Part shown: positions 25,854 to 39,831 of the stretch, in pieces | How the letters are laid out: the number at the start of each line of letters is the position of its first letter | Numbering within the stretch: the stretch's first letter is position 1 | Source: Eledone cirrhosa | Lineage: Eukaryota | Length of the DNA: 64,000 bases | NCBI GenBank assembly: GCA_964016885.1 | Contig: OZ024746.1 | Coordinates: forward strand, 97,774,001-97,838,000 | Direction of reading: 5' to 3' | Made by a program: the position numbers and the translations under genes | The notes under the pieces: model-generated | The model's database searches: none | What the model was told of the DNA's origin: nothing | What the model saw: the letters and a program-made list of their open reading frames with translations, nothing else

Positions 25854-25884
<31 letters not shown>

Positions 25885-25951
25885 CCAAACGGAACTTGAA
25901 CAGTTAAGATCTTCTTCCTGGGTATGTCACTATTTATAAAACAAACTTTGC

Positions 25952-26010
25952 ATTTTATCTGATGAGAACGTACCAAAGTTTTGGTACCCTTGAAATATAT
26001 ATAATAAAAT
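25952..26010 (+). ncRNA. Minimal type I hammerhead ribozyme in a ~255-bp element (25885-26143)
   Basis: attttat-CTGATGA-stem II (gtaccaaa/tttggtac, two basal mismatches)-GAAA-tatatata-ataaaat. Confidence 0.75.
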
Positions 26011-26142
26011 AAATATGGTTTTATAAATATAGTTTCCATTTATTAATATCATTGACATTATACTCCAGATAATTTGTTGAGTGCTTCGAATCTGTTATAA
26101 ATATATTTGTTGGATTACCAACAAATTAAATATCCATTTGCT

Positions 26143-26238
26143 TATATATATATATATATACATATATATATACATATATTTATAAATATATGTATATATA
26201 TACATATATATATATATAAATATATATATATGTATAAA

Positions 26239-26318
<80 letters not shown>

Positions 26319-26358
26319 TATGTATATATATATATGTGTATATATATATATAAATAAA

Positions 26359-26436
<78 letters not shown>

Positions 26437-26514
26437 TATGTATATATATATATGTGTATATATATATATATATATAAATATATGTATATATATATATATA
26501 TAAATAAATATATG

Positions 26515-26582
<68 letters not shown>

Positions 26583-26812
26583 TATAAATATATATATATG
26601 TATATATATGTATACATATATACATATATATAAATATATATATATATATAAATATATATATATGTATATATATGTATACATATATGTATATATATATATA
26701 TAAATATATATGTATATATATACATATATATAAATATATATATATGTATATATACGTATACATATATGTATATATATATATACATATATATATACATATA
26801 TATATATATAAA

Positions 26813-26854
<42 letters not shown>

Positions 26855-26937
26855 TATGTATATATATATATATATAAATATATGTATATATATATATATA
26901 AATATATGTATATATATTTATATAAATATATGTATAT

Positions 26938-26968
<31 letters not shown>

Positions 26969-27082
26969 AATATATGTATATATATATATAAATATATGTA
27001 TATATATATATAAATATATGTATATATATATATAAATATATGTATATATATAAATATATGTATATATATATATAAATATATG

Positions 27083-27126
<44 letters not shown>

Positions 27127-27138
27127 AATATATGTATA

Positions 27139-27194
<56 letters not shown>

Positions 27195-27251
27195 AACCAG
27201 TAAGACCCCGACGGCTGAGCTCAAGCCGTTTCGACGGCTAATTCTGTACAA

Positions 27252-27301
<50 letters not shown>

Positions 27302-27322
27302 ATACATATATATATATATATT

Positions 27323-27406
<84 letters not shown>

Positions 27407-27440
27407 GCATGTATATATATATATATACATATATTTATAT
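26143..27440. repeat. Long degenerate (TA)n tract containing a 60-bp element fragment (27191-27250)
   Basis: Direct inspection; the fragment matches the 41469 and 58927 family. Confidence 0.95.
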
Positions 27441-28009
27441 GTAGAGTGCTTCTTATCCGATATCTGCATTGCTTTATTGTACTACAATAAAACTCACCTC
27501 CTACATATATTTATATATATACATGCTAGCGTGGAAAAATTGATGTAAAATGGTGAGGTGGATGATGATGATGTCTCTCTACTCATTTTGTTTACATGTT
27601 ACACACACACACACCACAGCCATATTTATATCTATATAGAAGCATGTTTACATGTTATACATACACACACACACCACAGCCATATTTATATCTATATAGA
27701 CGCATGTTTACATGTTATACATACACACACACCACAGCCATATTTATATCTATATAGACGCATGTTTACAGCACTAAATTTAGAAGAAGAACGAGAGATG
27801 TAGTAGGGAGAGAGGAGAGCATTCCACATGTCCACCGGCGTTTTATGTTACTATGTAATATATAAATATCGTATCAGCGTAGGTTTGTATACATGTGATA
27901 TAAAGTTATATACATATTTCAAACATTATATATTGATTTACAAGATATATTGGAAAATAAAAGGAAAGCAGAGTTGTAAAATTGATGTTGACATTTACAT
28001 ATATATCTA

Positions 28010-28488
28010 TATTTCACATTGCTCCAGTTTACTCAGCTGGAGAAATGAGATGATAGGGACTGGGGTCCCTATCATTCCACTGCAAAGTTGGACGTGAAGG
28101 TGCCACAGCAAAAAAAGCACCCAGCACTCACTGTAAATGAGGTTGGTGTTAGGAAGGGCATCTAGCTGTAGAAATCTACAGCTGGATGCCCTTCCTAACA
28201 CCAACCTCATTTACAGTGAGTGCTGGATCCCTTTTTTTCTGTGGCGCCTACACGTCCACTTTACAGTGAGTGCTGGGTGCTTTTTTGCCGTGGCACCTCC
28301 ACGACCACTTTGCAGTGGAATGATAGGGACCCCAGTCCCTATCATCTCATTTCTACTGCTGAGTAAACTGGAGCAATGTGAAATAAAGTGTCTTGCTCAA
28401 GGAAACAACACATCACCCGGTCTGAGAATTGAAATCACAACCTTTTGATTGCAAGGCCAATGCTCTAACCACTAAGCCATGTGCCTCC
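28010..28488. mobile_element. Inverted pair of SINE B segments
   Basis: 28010-28175 (+) fused to 28176-28488 (-) at agctgtagaaatctacagct. Confidence 0.85.
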
Positions 28489-28806
28489 ATATATATATAT
28501 ATACATGTGCCTCCATATATATATATATATACACACACACATACATATATATATACACACACACATACATATACATATATTTATATACAGGTGTTCTCAA
28601 AATTGTATACATACATACTTCAATAGTATTCTGATATGTGCATACTTTTTTCAGAAATACCCTGTGTCTGTATATATACGTATATATATGTATATATACG
28701 TATATATACGTATATATGCAGACGCAAAATGAATGATATATGTATATATATATATATCATACATATATATTTTTACACACACCCACACACACACATATAT
28801 ATATAT

Positions 28807-29178
28807 GCAGAGGTTATATTTAATTTGTTGGGATTCAACAAGCTTTAAAATGTTTATAACTGATATAAAGCACTCAACAGAATAGTGGAATAAATATACA
28901 ATATATTAATAAATGGAAACTATATTTATAAAACCATAATTATTTTATTATATATATTTCAAGGGTACCAAAGTAAATTATGGTGCGCTTTCATCAGATA
29001 TCCAGCGAATTTCAACCGTTAAGGTTGTCTTTTTTCCGGGTATGTCAATATTTATTTATAAAACAAATCTTTATTTTATCTGATGAAAGCGCACCATAAT
29101 TTAACTTGGTACCCTTGAAATATATATAATAAAATAATTATGGTTTTATAAATATAGTTTCCATTTATTAATATATTA
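28807..29178. mobile_element. Penelope-like inverted pseudo-LTR element with a hammerhead core on both strands
   Basis: 28900-29000 is the reverse complement of 29077-29178; plus-strand HHR 29071-29137 has a 9-bp stem I; same family as 25885-26143. Confidence 0.75.
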
Positions 29179-29650
29179 TATATATATATATTAGGAAGTT
29201 TCAATGACTATTTTAGGTTCTTCCATCTGAAGAGATCCGGTTGTAGACCTCAGTGAAATATGCATAACAGTGTTTTAAATAAACCAGAATCAACTGAATA
29301 AGGCCTCAAATCTTTTATTAATATACATATATATATATGTATATATATATATGTATATATATAAATATATGCATATGTATATATATATATATATGCATAG
29401 ATATATATATATAATTGAATATATGAGAGAGATAAACACAGATATATATATATATATATATGCATATATATATATATATATATATATATGCATATATATA
29501 TATACATATATATAAATGTATATATACATATATATAAATATGCATATATAAACACACACATATATATATACATATATATATATATACATTTTTTTTATTA
29601 AGTTTTTATTTAGGTGTAATGTGCATCTTGTGATATATATCATTCAAGGA

Positions 29651-29682
<32 letters not shown>

Positions 29683-29696
29683 CATACATGCATATA

Positions 29697-29728
<32 letters not shown>

Positions 29729-29816
29729 CATATATATATACATATATATATGCATTTTTTTTATTAAGTTTTTATTTAGGTATAATGTGCATCTTGTGAT
29801 ATATATCATTCAAGGA

Positions 29817-29849
<33 letters not shown>

Positions 29850-30773
29850 GGTGGCTGCCAACTCGTTTTCGAGTACGGCCACTACTTTATATCCATGTAG
29901 GAGAACCCCTACCGATGCGCTGAACGAGTGTGACTTTTTAGTCCAGCCAGCAACTTGAAAACTCTGGTACAAACACTACACTTGTGACAATTATTGACAC
30001 ATAGTGCTGGGCCCATGGTACCATGTGACGACAAGTGCAGAGAGATCTCCAGATATAAAGCAATGCCTGTGCCGTGAAGCTTTTATAGTGAGCAAAGGCA
30101 CTGCACAAAGCCAGTCCCACTCTCTTAACCAAGATGATATGTACCAAAAAGAAGAACAAGTCAACATCACTGGATGCCATCAGGGTTGCAGGTGTTATAT
30201 CAGAGTTTTCCTTCTCCTAGAATTCTGCCTTGACAAAGGCTAAGGGGTCATCTCTCCTGGATATATATATACACATGCATATATATATATATAAATATAT
30301 ATATATATATGCATGTCAACATAGACACACACTGACATACAAACACCAAATATTGGTACACTGGTGGTGATAAGGTGTGTGCAAATTTATTGTCACCTTA
30401 ATTTAAAAATACATTAAATGATAATTTAGCACATGCACAATCACCACACACACAGCATACACCACACACACACACACAGCATACACCCCACACAGCACAC
30501 ACACACACACACACACAATCAGCACACACACACAATCAGCACACACAATCAACACACACACAATCACCACACACACCCACACACACACACACACACGTAT
30601 TATATTTTCAATGAAAACTTGTTACAGTTAAAAAAATAATCTAGAATATTTTGTGATGAGAAATTGACTTCAAGAAGTGAGAAAAGACATTTTTCAGTTA
30701 ACCTCAAAACTTTGACTAAAGTTTTAAAAAAAATGAAAAATGAAAAGAAAAAAATGATACTATGTACTGGTGA

Positions 30774-31138
30774 GGATGATGATGATGATGGTGGTGGTGG
30801 TGGTGGTGGTGGTGGTGGTGGTGGTGGTGGTGGTGGTGGTGGTGGTGGTGGTGGTGGTGGTGGTGGTGGTGGTGGTGATGGTGATGATGGTGATGATGGT
30901 GGTGATGGTGGTGATGGTGATGGTGATGGTGGTGATGATGATGATGATGATGATGGTGATGGTGGTGATGGTAGTGATGGTGATGATGGTGATGATGATG
31001 ATGGTGATGGTGGTGGTGGTGATGGTGATGGTGATGATGGTGGTGATGATGATGATGATGGTGATGGTGGTGATGGTAGTGATGATGATGATGGTGATGG
31101 TGGTGATGGTGGTGATGGTAGTGATGGTGATGGTGATG
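30774..31138. repeat. (GGT)n/(GAT)n compound trinucleotide microsatellite
   Basis: Direct inspection. Confidence 0.95.
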
Positions 31139-31619
31139 CTTTAAATATTATGAAACGTTAGATTTTGTTTATAATTCTGAAAAATAAACAAAATATCTGA
31201 CTATGTCCAGCTTCTGCTCATGGCCCACCCCTAGATAGGAAATGTGGACACTAAATGATGATGAGGAGGGTTTCTGACTTAAGTACAAGGTCAACAAGTT
31301 TTTGGGGTGGGTGAGACGTGAGAGTAGATTATAATTGACCCAGTATTTAACTGGTATTCTATTTCCTCAACCCTGGAATGATGAAAGATAATGTTGGTGG
31401 GATAATAATAATAATAATTGTTTCTACTTTTGGCACAAGGCCAGCAATTGCCCAGTGTATTACTGGTACTTTATTTTATCGACCCAGTAAGGATGAAAGG
31501 CAAAGTTAACCTCGGCGGGATTTGAACTCAGAATGGCAAGGGCCGTAACTCTATGCGTCAAAGCATGGCATCCGACCCTCTACCGATACTGCCAATCCAC
31601 CGCTTTCATAATAATAACA

Positions 31620-31872
31620 ATAATAATAGGAACACTAGGTACGATCTTGAAGAATTTCCCAGGATGGCTAAAGAAGATTAGTCCAGCCCTGTTTTTTGGA
31701 ACACTTCAAAAGGTATGCTTGCTGGGAACAGCAAGAACCCTCCGATACGTCCTGAATATCTGAGGTTGTGGGTATCAGCTTGATGTTCATTAGGGTTATT
31801 ATTCCAGTTGAATAGCAACAATGACCGAGACATTAAATAACAACAACAACAATTATAACAATAATAATAATT
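31620..31872 (+). mobile_element. R4/Dong-clade LINE 3' fragment in (TAA)n
   Basis: IGTLGTI...LQKVCLLGTARTLRYVLNI* matches the R4/Dong C-terminal LQK..LLGTA..LR.VL; flanked by taa repeats. Confidence 0.75.
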
Positions 31873-32960
31873 ACTTCTTTTTATTTGCCACAAGGGCTAA
31901 TAAAAAGGGGGGACAATACCATAAGCAGGAACATGGGGGGGGGGGGGGGGTAGACTGAAACCAAGTAGAAAGAAATAAACAAATAAATAACAATAAACAA
32001 CAGAATTTCAGCAATGAAAATTCCTCAAAAGAGGGGACGACCACCGAGGAGTGACTTAGGAACTCCACATAACCTAAACAACCTGATTCTAGAAGTGCAC
32101 CCTAGGAGGGCACCTTAGGCGGGCACCCCTCTCCTCTCTAAATCAGCCAGCCTACAAGTGTGTGGTCAGAGTAGGTCCAATTACACAGACCATCTTTGCC
32201 ACATTCACCCACCTTTTAACAAATGTACTGGGGGCAGTACTTCCCTCTCTTGACTACAGGGACCCAGGAAGCTGGGGTCTATACAATGATGAGTAGTGTT
32301 TACATTGAGTAAAAGGGAAATAGACTTCAAGATCAAAAACTCTAAGTATATAAATAACAACAATTGCAGTATTAAAAATTAATAATGATTTCTTTATTAA
32401 CCACACAGGGCTCACATTAAGGAAACATTAAAGACAGTACAGGATGATACAGTGTGAGTTTCTATTTGTGTAAAATAGAATTTATGAAAGAGTCTAAGAA
32501 AATAAGCATTTTAAACAAACATAACTCCCCCAAAGTTGAGGAGACTATGGGTCCCTCATGTAGAAATCCCACAAAAGCCATGGTCATCTTGTCTGCTAGG
32601 GTAAAGTACCCTCTCCCAGTCTTTCTACTCCAATCTACAGGTGTAAACAATAACTGTCAACTTGCAAAAGTTACTCAATAGTAGAGCACAGTGGAGAATA
32701 GGTTGCCTCCCTTCCAGACCCTCTTTGGCGTCTCGGAATATGCAACCTTTGTGCATCCATCCCAAGCCTCCCAGGACAGGTCGCAAGCCCATCAACAGTT
32801 TTTGTGGCATGAAATTGAAACTGCAATATATTTTTCAAACAGGCTCCTCAACCTAAGGCCTGAATGCGTCCCTTGTTAACCCATGCGAGATCATGTGGTA
32901 TGGTTCTTGGTGATCTTATTCGCGCTGGCCATCAATCTGGTACCTTCTGGATTTTGCAAA
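31873..32960 (-). mobile_element. Probable degenerate Tx1/L1-like LINE fragments
   Basis: Minus-strand peptides REVLPPSTFVKRWVNVAKMV (about 32185-32250) and PVLGGLG (about 32760-32785). Confidence 0.4.
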
Positions 32961-33827
32961 GAAGTAAGGAAAAATAATAATAATGGTTTCTGATTTACGC
33001 ACGAGTCCAACAATTTTAGGGGAAGGGTAGTTGATTAAATCGACCCCAGTGCATTACTGGTGCTTTACTTTAATAACCCCATAAGGATGAAAGGCAAAGC
33101 TAACCATGGCAGGATTTGAACTCAGAACGTAAAGGGCCATAAACTATGCTGCAAAGAATGGTGCCTGATGCTCCATCAATACTGCTAATCCACCCCCTTG
33201 GTGAATAATAATAATCTCCTTAATGGCCACAAGGGCTGAAAGCATTAAGGACAATACAATGTATCAGGTTAGCGGGGATTTACATATAAACAGATAAAGA
33301 CAGCAACAAAACAGGTACCAAATAAATTGGTAACCAAAACATAAAATGGGGGTACTCCACAGATCTGAAAATACCCTAACAATGAAGAACACCATAATAA
33401 AACAATATCAGTAGGGGTGAGAGGAATTGGGTTAATAAAAAAAGGTCAAGAAAAATCCACCTAGAAAATCCCAGGAAACATCGGAAACTTCATCCAGCAA
33501 GAACTCCAAACACATCTCCTACACTAGAGAGGTTAAAGTCCTCAAAGAAACAACATATATTTTGTTTAACCTCTGGAACATGGTTTGGACCCAGTGAAAC
33601 AATATAAAAACTACACACAAAGACATAATAACAATACTGATGATGATGATAATGGGTTCTTATATAGGCACAAGGCCAACATATTTTGGGGATTGGGGAA
33701 ATCGATTAAATCGACCCCAGTGCATGACCGGTACTTTATTTCATCGACCCCGTAAGGATGAAAGGCAAAGTTAACCTCGGCAGGATTTGAACTCAGACCA
33801 TAAATAATAATAATGATAATAATTAAT

Positions 33828-34759
33828 AGTACCACCAATCTCTGGGAGGGCCCTGTAGAAACAGTAGACAGCTTCTGCTACCTAGGTGACCGAATTAGCA
33901 ACGGAGGTGGGTGCTCAGAAAGTACAATAACTAGGGTAAGAACGGGATGGAAGAAGTTTAGGGAACTACTACCACTGCTAGCTGCAAAAGGCTTCTCCCT
34001 CAGAATGAAAGGCAGACTGTATGATGCGTGTATCCGAACAGCGATGTTGCATGGTAGTGAGACCTGGGCGCTGAAGGTGGAAGACTTACGTAGATTAGAG
34101 AGAAACGAAGCCTGCATGCTCCGATGGATGTGTAACAGTAATATACGTGAACGACAAAGCATAAATGAATTGAGAGAGAGACTGAGCATAAGAGGAATCA
34201 AATGCTGCGTGCAGGAGAGGCGGTTACGCTGGTATGGACATGTGATGCGTATGAAGGATGACAGCTGCATAAAAAGGTGCAGAGCACTAGAAGTTGATGG
34301 AAACCGCGGAGTGGGGAGACCCAAGATGACTTGGGATGAGGTGATAAAAGCCGACCTTACCCAACTACACCTCTCAAAGTCAATGACACACGACCGTGAC
34401 TTCTGGCGTCACGCAGTAATACAGGGTACCCGACCTCCCATGGGTACATGCTGAAGCATATAAACAATATGCCCCCCCCCCACCGCAAGGTGATCGTGGA
34501 GGTGCCACGGCAAAAAAGCACCCAGCCCACACTGTAAAGTGGACGTGTAGGCGCCACGAAAAAGCACCCAGCACTCACTGTAAATGAGGTTGGTGTTAGG
34601 AAGGGCATCCAGCTGTAGAAATCAAGCCAGATCAGTTCCTGTATGAGCAAGGCATGGTCAGCCGACCAGACACTGCCCACAACAGGACAACCCGTCTAAC
34701 CCATGCTAGCGTGGAAGAACGGACGTAAAACGGTGATGATGATGATGATGATGATGATG
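33828..34759 (+). mobile_element. Young 5'-truncated RTE LINE, near-identical to the 3' end of 18379-20874
   Basis: Identical C-terminal peptide from STTNLWEGPVETVDSF to the stop; 3' UTR differs at only a few sites; (gat)n tail. Confidence 0.95.
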
Positions 34760-34834
34760 AATAATAATAAATAATAATAATAATTAAATATTCCCCAATA
34801 GGGGGGATGATAATAATTAATAATAATAGTGATA

Positions 34835-35372
34835 CTAATTGAAAAAGCAAACAGTGTTGAACCATAGATATGGCCTGCCCAGCTGATAATAAGATATGCA
34901 ATAAAGAAGAAAAACAAATTGATAGATATGACAGGTTAGCTTGGGAGGTTAAGCAGTTGAGGTCACTGAAAAAGGTAATACCAAGAATAGTTGGAGTCTT
35001 GGTAACAGAGAGTAAAGATCTTGAGAAGTACATTAAACTAATAGGGATTGCAATACGGATGGAACACTTACAAAAGGCAGCATTGCTTGGAACAGCTCAA
35101 GTATTTCAGAGGGTACTCGAAAAATAAGAGGTGTTACCTCAGTTCACTGGTAGTGAACAGCTAACACTGTAATACATCTCCAATGTTAGACGTTGAGATA
35201 AAGGGTGTTACCTCAGTTCACTGGTAGTGAACTGAGGTAACACTGTAATACATCTCCAGTTTTAGACGTTGAGATAAGGGGTGTTACCTCAGTTTACTGG
35301 TAGTGAACAGCTAACACTGTAATACTACTCCAGTGTTAGAAGCTGAGCAAAGAAACAATAACAACAATAATA
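34835..35372 (+). mobile_element. R4/Dong-clade LINE 3' fragment with ~75-bp 3' UTR triplication (35128-35345)
   Basis: IDMACPADNKICNKEEKQIDRYDRLAWEVKQL...HLQKAALLGTAQVFQRVLEK is an RLE-type C-terminus; taa/caa flanks. Confidence 0.8.
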
Positions 35373-35444
35373 AAGAAAAAAAACTGATGTTGACGATGAG
35401 AAAGTTTTGCAAATAAGTTTTCCAATAATTGGGGACTTACTCAC

Positions 35445-35595
35445 CTACAGGAGGTAGAATTAAAGTTGAGTACTCATAGATCATTAAAGCTGCTAATGCA
35501 CACCAGAACATTCCAAAAAGGCAAAAAACAACCAGTAATAGATTGTTCTTGAAAAATTTCATTAAACTTTCAACAATTCCAGTGATTAAAAACAT
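35445..35595 (-). CDS. Candidate first coding exon encoding a signal-anchor/transmembrane peptide: MFLITGIVESLMKFFKNNLLLVVFCLFGMFWCALAALMIYEYSTLILPPV
   Basis: gtcaaaATG context, 50 open codons, ~21-aa hydrophobic segment, consensus donor tag|gtgagt. Confidence 0.45.
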
Positions 35596-35765
35596 TTTGA
35601 CTTTTTTTTTATTTTATTTTTATAATAGTTTTCTTTTAAATTGCTTGGATATGAAAACAGTGCAAAAGTTTTACAATATATATATATATTGTGATACTTG
35701 AAAATTATTAAAGTCAAAGTATATCTATATTCTTTCTTAGACTAATACATTTAGTGTATACATAC

Positions 35766-35858
<93 letters not shown>

Positions 35859-35910
35859 GCTGATAACAACAGATACTACACTTTGATCTTAGCCAAAAGG
35901 CTGAGAAGCC

Positions 35911-35964
<54 letters not shown>

Positions 35965-36514
35965 TAGTGTATATACACTAAGTATATATGTAGATACATA
36001 TATGATTGGATTCTTTTGGTTTCATGAAAAATGGTAAATAAAAATTATGGACTAAAGTAGAAAAGAAAATAATGAGAAAGTTGTAGGTGTGAGGAGCAGG
36101 TAAATTCCAGCATGGTGGGGGGAGGTGGATAAACACATAAACATAACAGGTATAAATAATGAATCGTTGAATATACAAAACTAAATATAATATAATTTAG
36201 AATGAAAAATAAACAAAAAAAAATGAAAGGGAAAAATTTACTAAGACGATCTTCCTTTGTTAATGGCAGTCATTTTTGAAAAAAGAATCAAATAGCTTTC
36301 CTGTCAATAGCTGTTGTTGTTAGAAAGCATGCTACACAAGTTATATATACAGTGTGAGTCTCCAAGACAGAATCAGCACTTCTACAGAGTACTGCGAGAA
36401 CAGCATAGATCTCATGGTGCAGCTATTATTCAATGAGGGGGTGAACAGGATAAACAGCGCTATTCTTACGTGTTACGATAATTGCTATGTGTGTTTGTAG
36501 ATAGATGCATTCAT

Positions 36515-36515
36515 T

Positions 36516-36607
<92 letters not shown>

Positions 36608-37133
36608 TATACATATATATATGTATGTATGTATATACATATATATATATATGTATGTATATACATATATATATATATGTATGTATATACATATATATAT
36701 ATATATGTATGTATATACATATATATATATATGTATGTATATACATATATATATACATATATATATATGTATATACATATATACATATACATACATTTAC
36801 ATATATAAATATATATATATGTATATACATATATACATATATATATATGTATATACATATATACATATATATATATGTATATACATATATACATATATAT
36901 ATATGTATATACATATATACATATATATATATGTATATAAATATATATATATGTATATACATATATATATATATGTATGTATGTATATACATATATATAT
37001 ATGTATATGTATGTATGTATATACATATATATATGTATATGTATGTATATACATATATATATATATATATGTATATGTATGTATATACATATATATATAT
37101 ATGTATGTATATACATATATATATATATGTATG

Positions 37134-37171
<38 letters not shown>

Positions 37172-37183
37172 TATGTACGTATG

Positions 37184-37216
<33 letters not shown>

Positions 37217-37281
37217 GTATGTATATGCATATATATATGTATATGTATGTATGTATATGCATATATATATGTATATGCATG

Positions 37282-37317
<36 letters not shown>

Positions 37318-37467
37318 TGTATGTATATATATATATATGTATGTATATACATATATATATATATAAATATATATATGTGTATGTATGTATATACATATAT
37401 ATGTATGTATGTATATACATATATATATATGTATGTATGTATATACATATATATATATATGTATATA

Positions 37468-37505
<38 letters not shown>

Positions 37506-38150
37506 TTTATGTGTGTATGTATGTATATACATATATATATATATATATATGCATATATATATATATATATATATATGCATGTATGTGTGTATGTATGTAC
37601 GTATGTATGTATAGCATGCAAACACACACACAAAAATATATTTGTATCCATGCATGCTGCAATCACACACATGCATATATATATATATATATATAAAAGT
37701 ACCTACATACATAGAAGTACACATATGCACACACATAAATATGTTTGTATCTATGCATGCAATCACACACACATAAATATATATATATATATCTAAAAGT
37801 ACCTATATACACACATAAAAGTATATATATATATATATACACACACACATAAAAATATACATATGCATAAACAAATGTAAGTGTATTTATATACAGAAGC
37901 CGATATAACTATATATACAGACACATACATTATATATATATAAATGAATATCTATAAATATATATACACATACATGCATATATTTATATACACATATATA
38001 TTAGGCATGCATATTTATATATATACACATATACATACATGCATATATATATATATATATATACCCATATACATACATGCATATATATATATATACACAT
38101 ATACATACATGCATATATATATATATACACATATACATACATGCATATAT
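36515..38150. repeat. Compound (TA)n/(TATG)n microsatellite field
   Basis: Direct inspection. Confidence 0.95.
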
Positions 38151-38436
38151 CATCATCATCATCATCATCGTCCATGTTCCACGCTTGCATGGGTTTGGAT
38201 GGGAGTTTTCCCACTTGAGGCAAGAGTGGTTGTCTTGCTCGCATAGGACTGTCTGGCGGGTTTTCTACAGCTGGATGCCCTTCCTAACACCAACCACATT
38301 TGCAGTGTGGGACTGGGAGGTTTTTACCATGTTGCCTACATACACATATACATACATGCATATATATATATATATATATACACATATATATACACATGTA
38401 TATGTGTATATACATATATATACACATATACATACA

Positions 38437-38488
<52 letters not shown>

Positions 38489-38576
38489 TACACATATATA
38501 TATATATATATACACACACATACATACATGCACACACAAATATATATAAGTATATATATATAAATATCTATATGCA

Positions 38577-38922
38577 TACATGGCTTAGTGGTTAGAGCAT
38601 TGGCCTTGCAATCGAAAGGTTGTGAGTTCAATTCTCAGACTGGGTGATGTGTTGTTTCCTTGAGCAAGACACTTTATTTCACATTGCTCCAGTTTACTCA
38701 GCTGTAGAAATGAGATGATAGGGACTGGGTTCCCTATCATTCCACTGCAAAGTGGTCGTGGTGGTGCCATGGCAAAAAAGCACCCAGCACTCACTGTAAA
38801 TGAGGTTGGTGTTAGGAAGGGTATCCAGCTGTAGAAATCAAGCCAGAATCAGTTCCCATCCCACCCTTGCAAGCAGGGAAAAGCGGACGTAAAATGATGA
38901 TGATGATGATGATGATGATGAT
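38577..38922 (+). mobile_element. Full-length SINE B
   Basis: tRNA-like head, core, RTE-like 3' end and (gat)n tail. Confidence 0.9.
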
Positions 38923-39541
38923 GCATGCCTAATATATATTTGTATACACACAAATGTAAATACATGTATAATAATTGTTTCTACTTTTGGCATAAGGCCA
39001 GCAATTACGCAGTACATTACTGGTACTTTATTTTATCGACCCCGTAAGGATGAAAGGCAAAGTAAACCTCGGCGGGATTTGAACTCAGAATGGAAAGGGT
39101 CGTAACTCTATGCATCAAAGCATGGCGTCCGACCCTCTACTGATACTGCCAATCCACTTCACTTTATACATGTATAATAATGTGTATAGAGTTATACATG
39201 TAGGTGCCACGGCAAAAAAGCACCCAGCACTCACTGTAAATGAGGTTGGTGTTAGGAAGGGCATCCAGCTGTAGAAATCAAGCCAGAATCAGTTCCCGTC
39301 CCACCCTTGCAAGCAGGGAACAGCGGACGTAAAATGATGATGATGATGATGATATATATATATAAATTTTGTGTGTATGTGTGCACATGTATATACATAC
39401 AGTTGGTACAAAACAAATCAACAAGCACACATAGAAGTTGTGAACTAATAATAATAATTATATATATATACACACACACACATATATATATATAGACATA
39501 TATATATATATATATACACATATATACATACACACACATGC

Positions 39542-39572
<31 letters not shown>

Positions 39573-39689
39573 TATATATACACATATATATATATACGTA
39601 TATATATATACACACATATATACATACACACACATATACATACACACACACATATATACATATACATACACACATATATATATATACAT

Positions 39690-39720
<31 letters not shown>

Positions 39721-39831
39721 AGTATACACTCTCACACACATATATATATATATATATATACACACATGCACAGAGAGAGACATGCTATATATTAGTAAAT
39801 GTATATATATATATATGTATATATATGTATA

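Noticed and set aside
26095-27548. Long Tyr/Ile-rich ORFs (also 22919-25899, 36426-38631, 39252-41804, 47520-48056, 58733-58981)
   Set aside because: Translations of (TA)n/(CA)n/(TATG)n microsatellites
29222-29272. ctgaaga...gaaatatgcata hammerhead-like motif (also 48125-48172 minus and 58217-58230 minus)
   Set aside because: Stems I and II do not pair convincingly; at best heavily decayed
30664-31161. Gly/Asp-rich ORF, or His-rich on the minus strand
   Set aside because: Pure trinucleotide microsatellite; all minus-strand frames from the nearby acceptor stop before the repeat
38577-38650. tRNA-Cys-like sequence (ttGCAat loop)
   Set aside because: It is the head of SINE B: no proper acceptor stem and it continues into the SINE body in every copy
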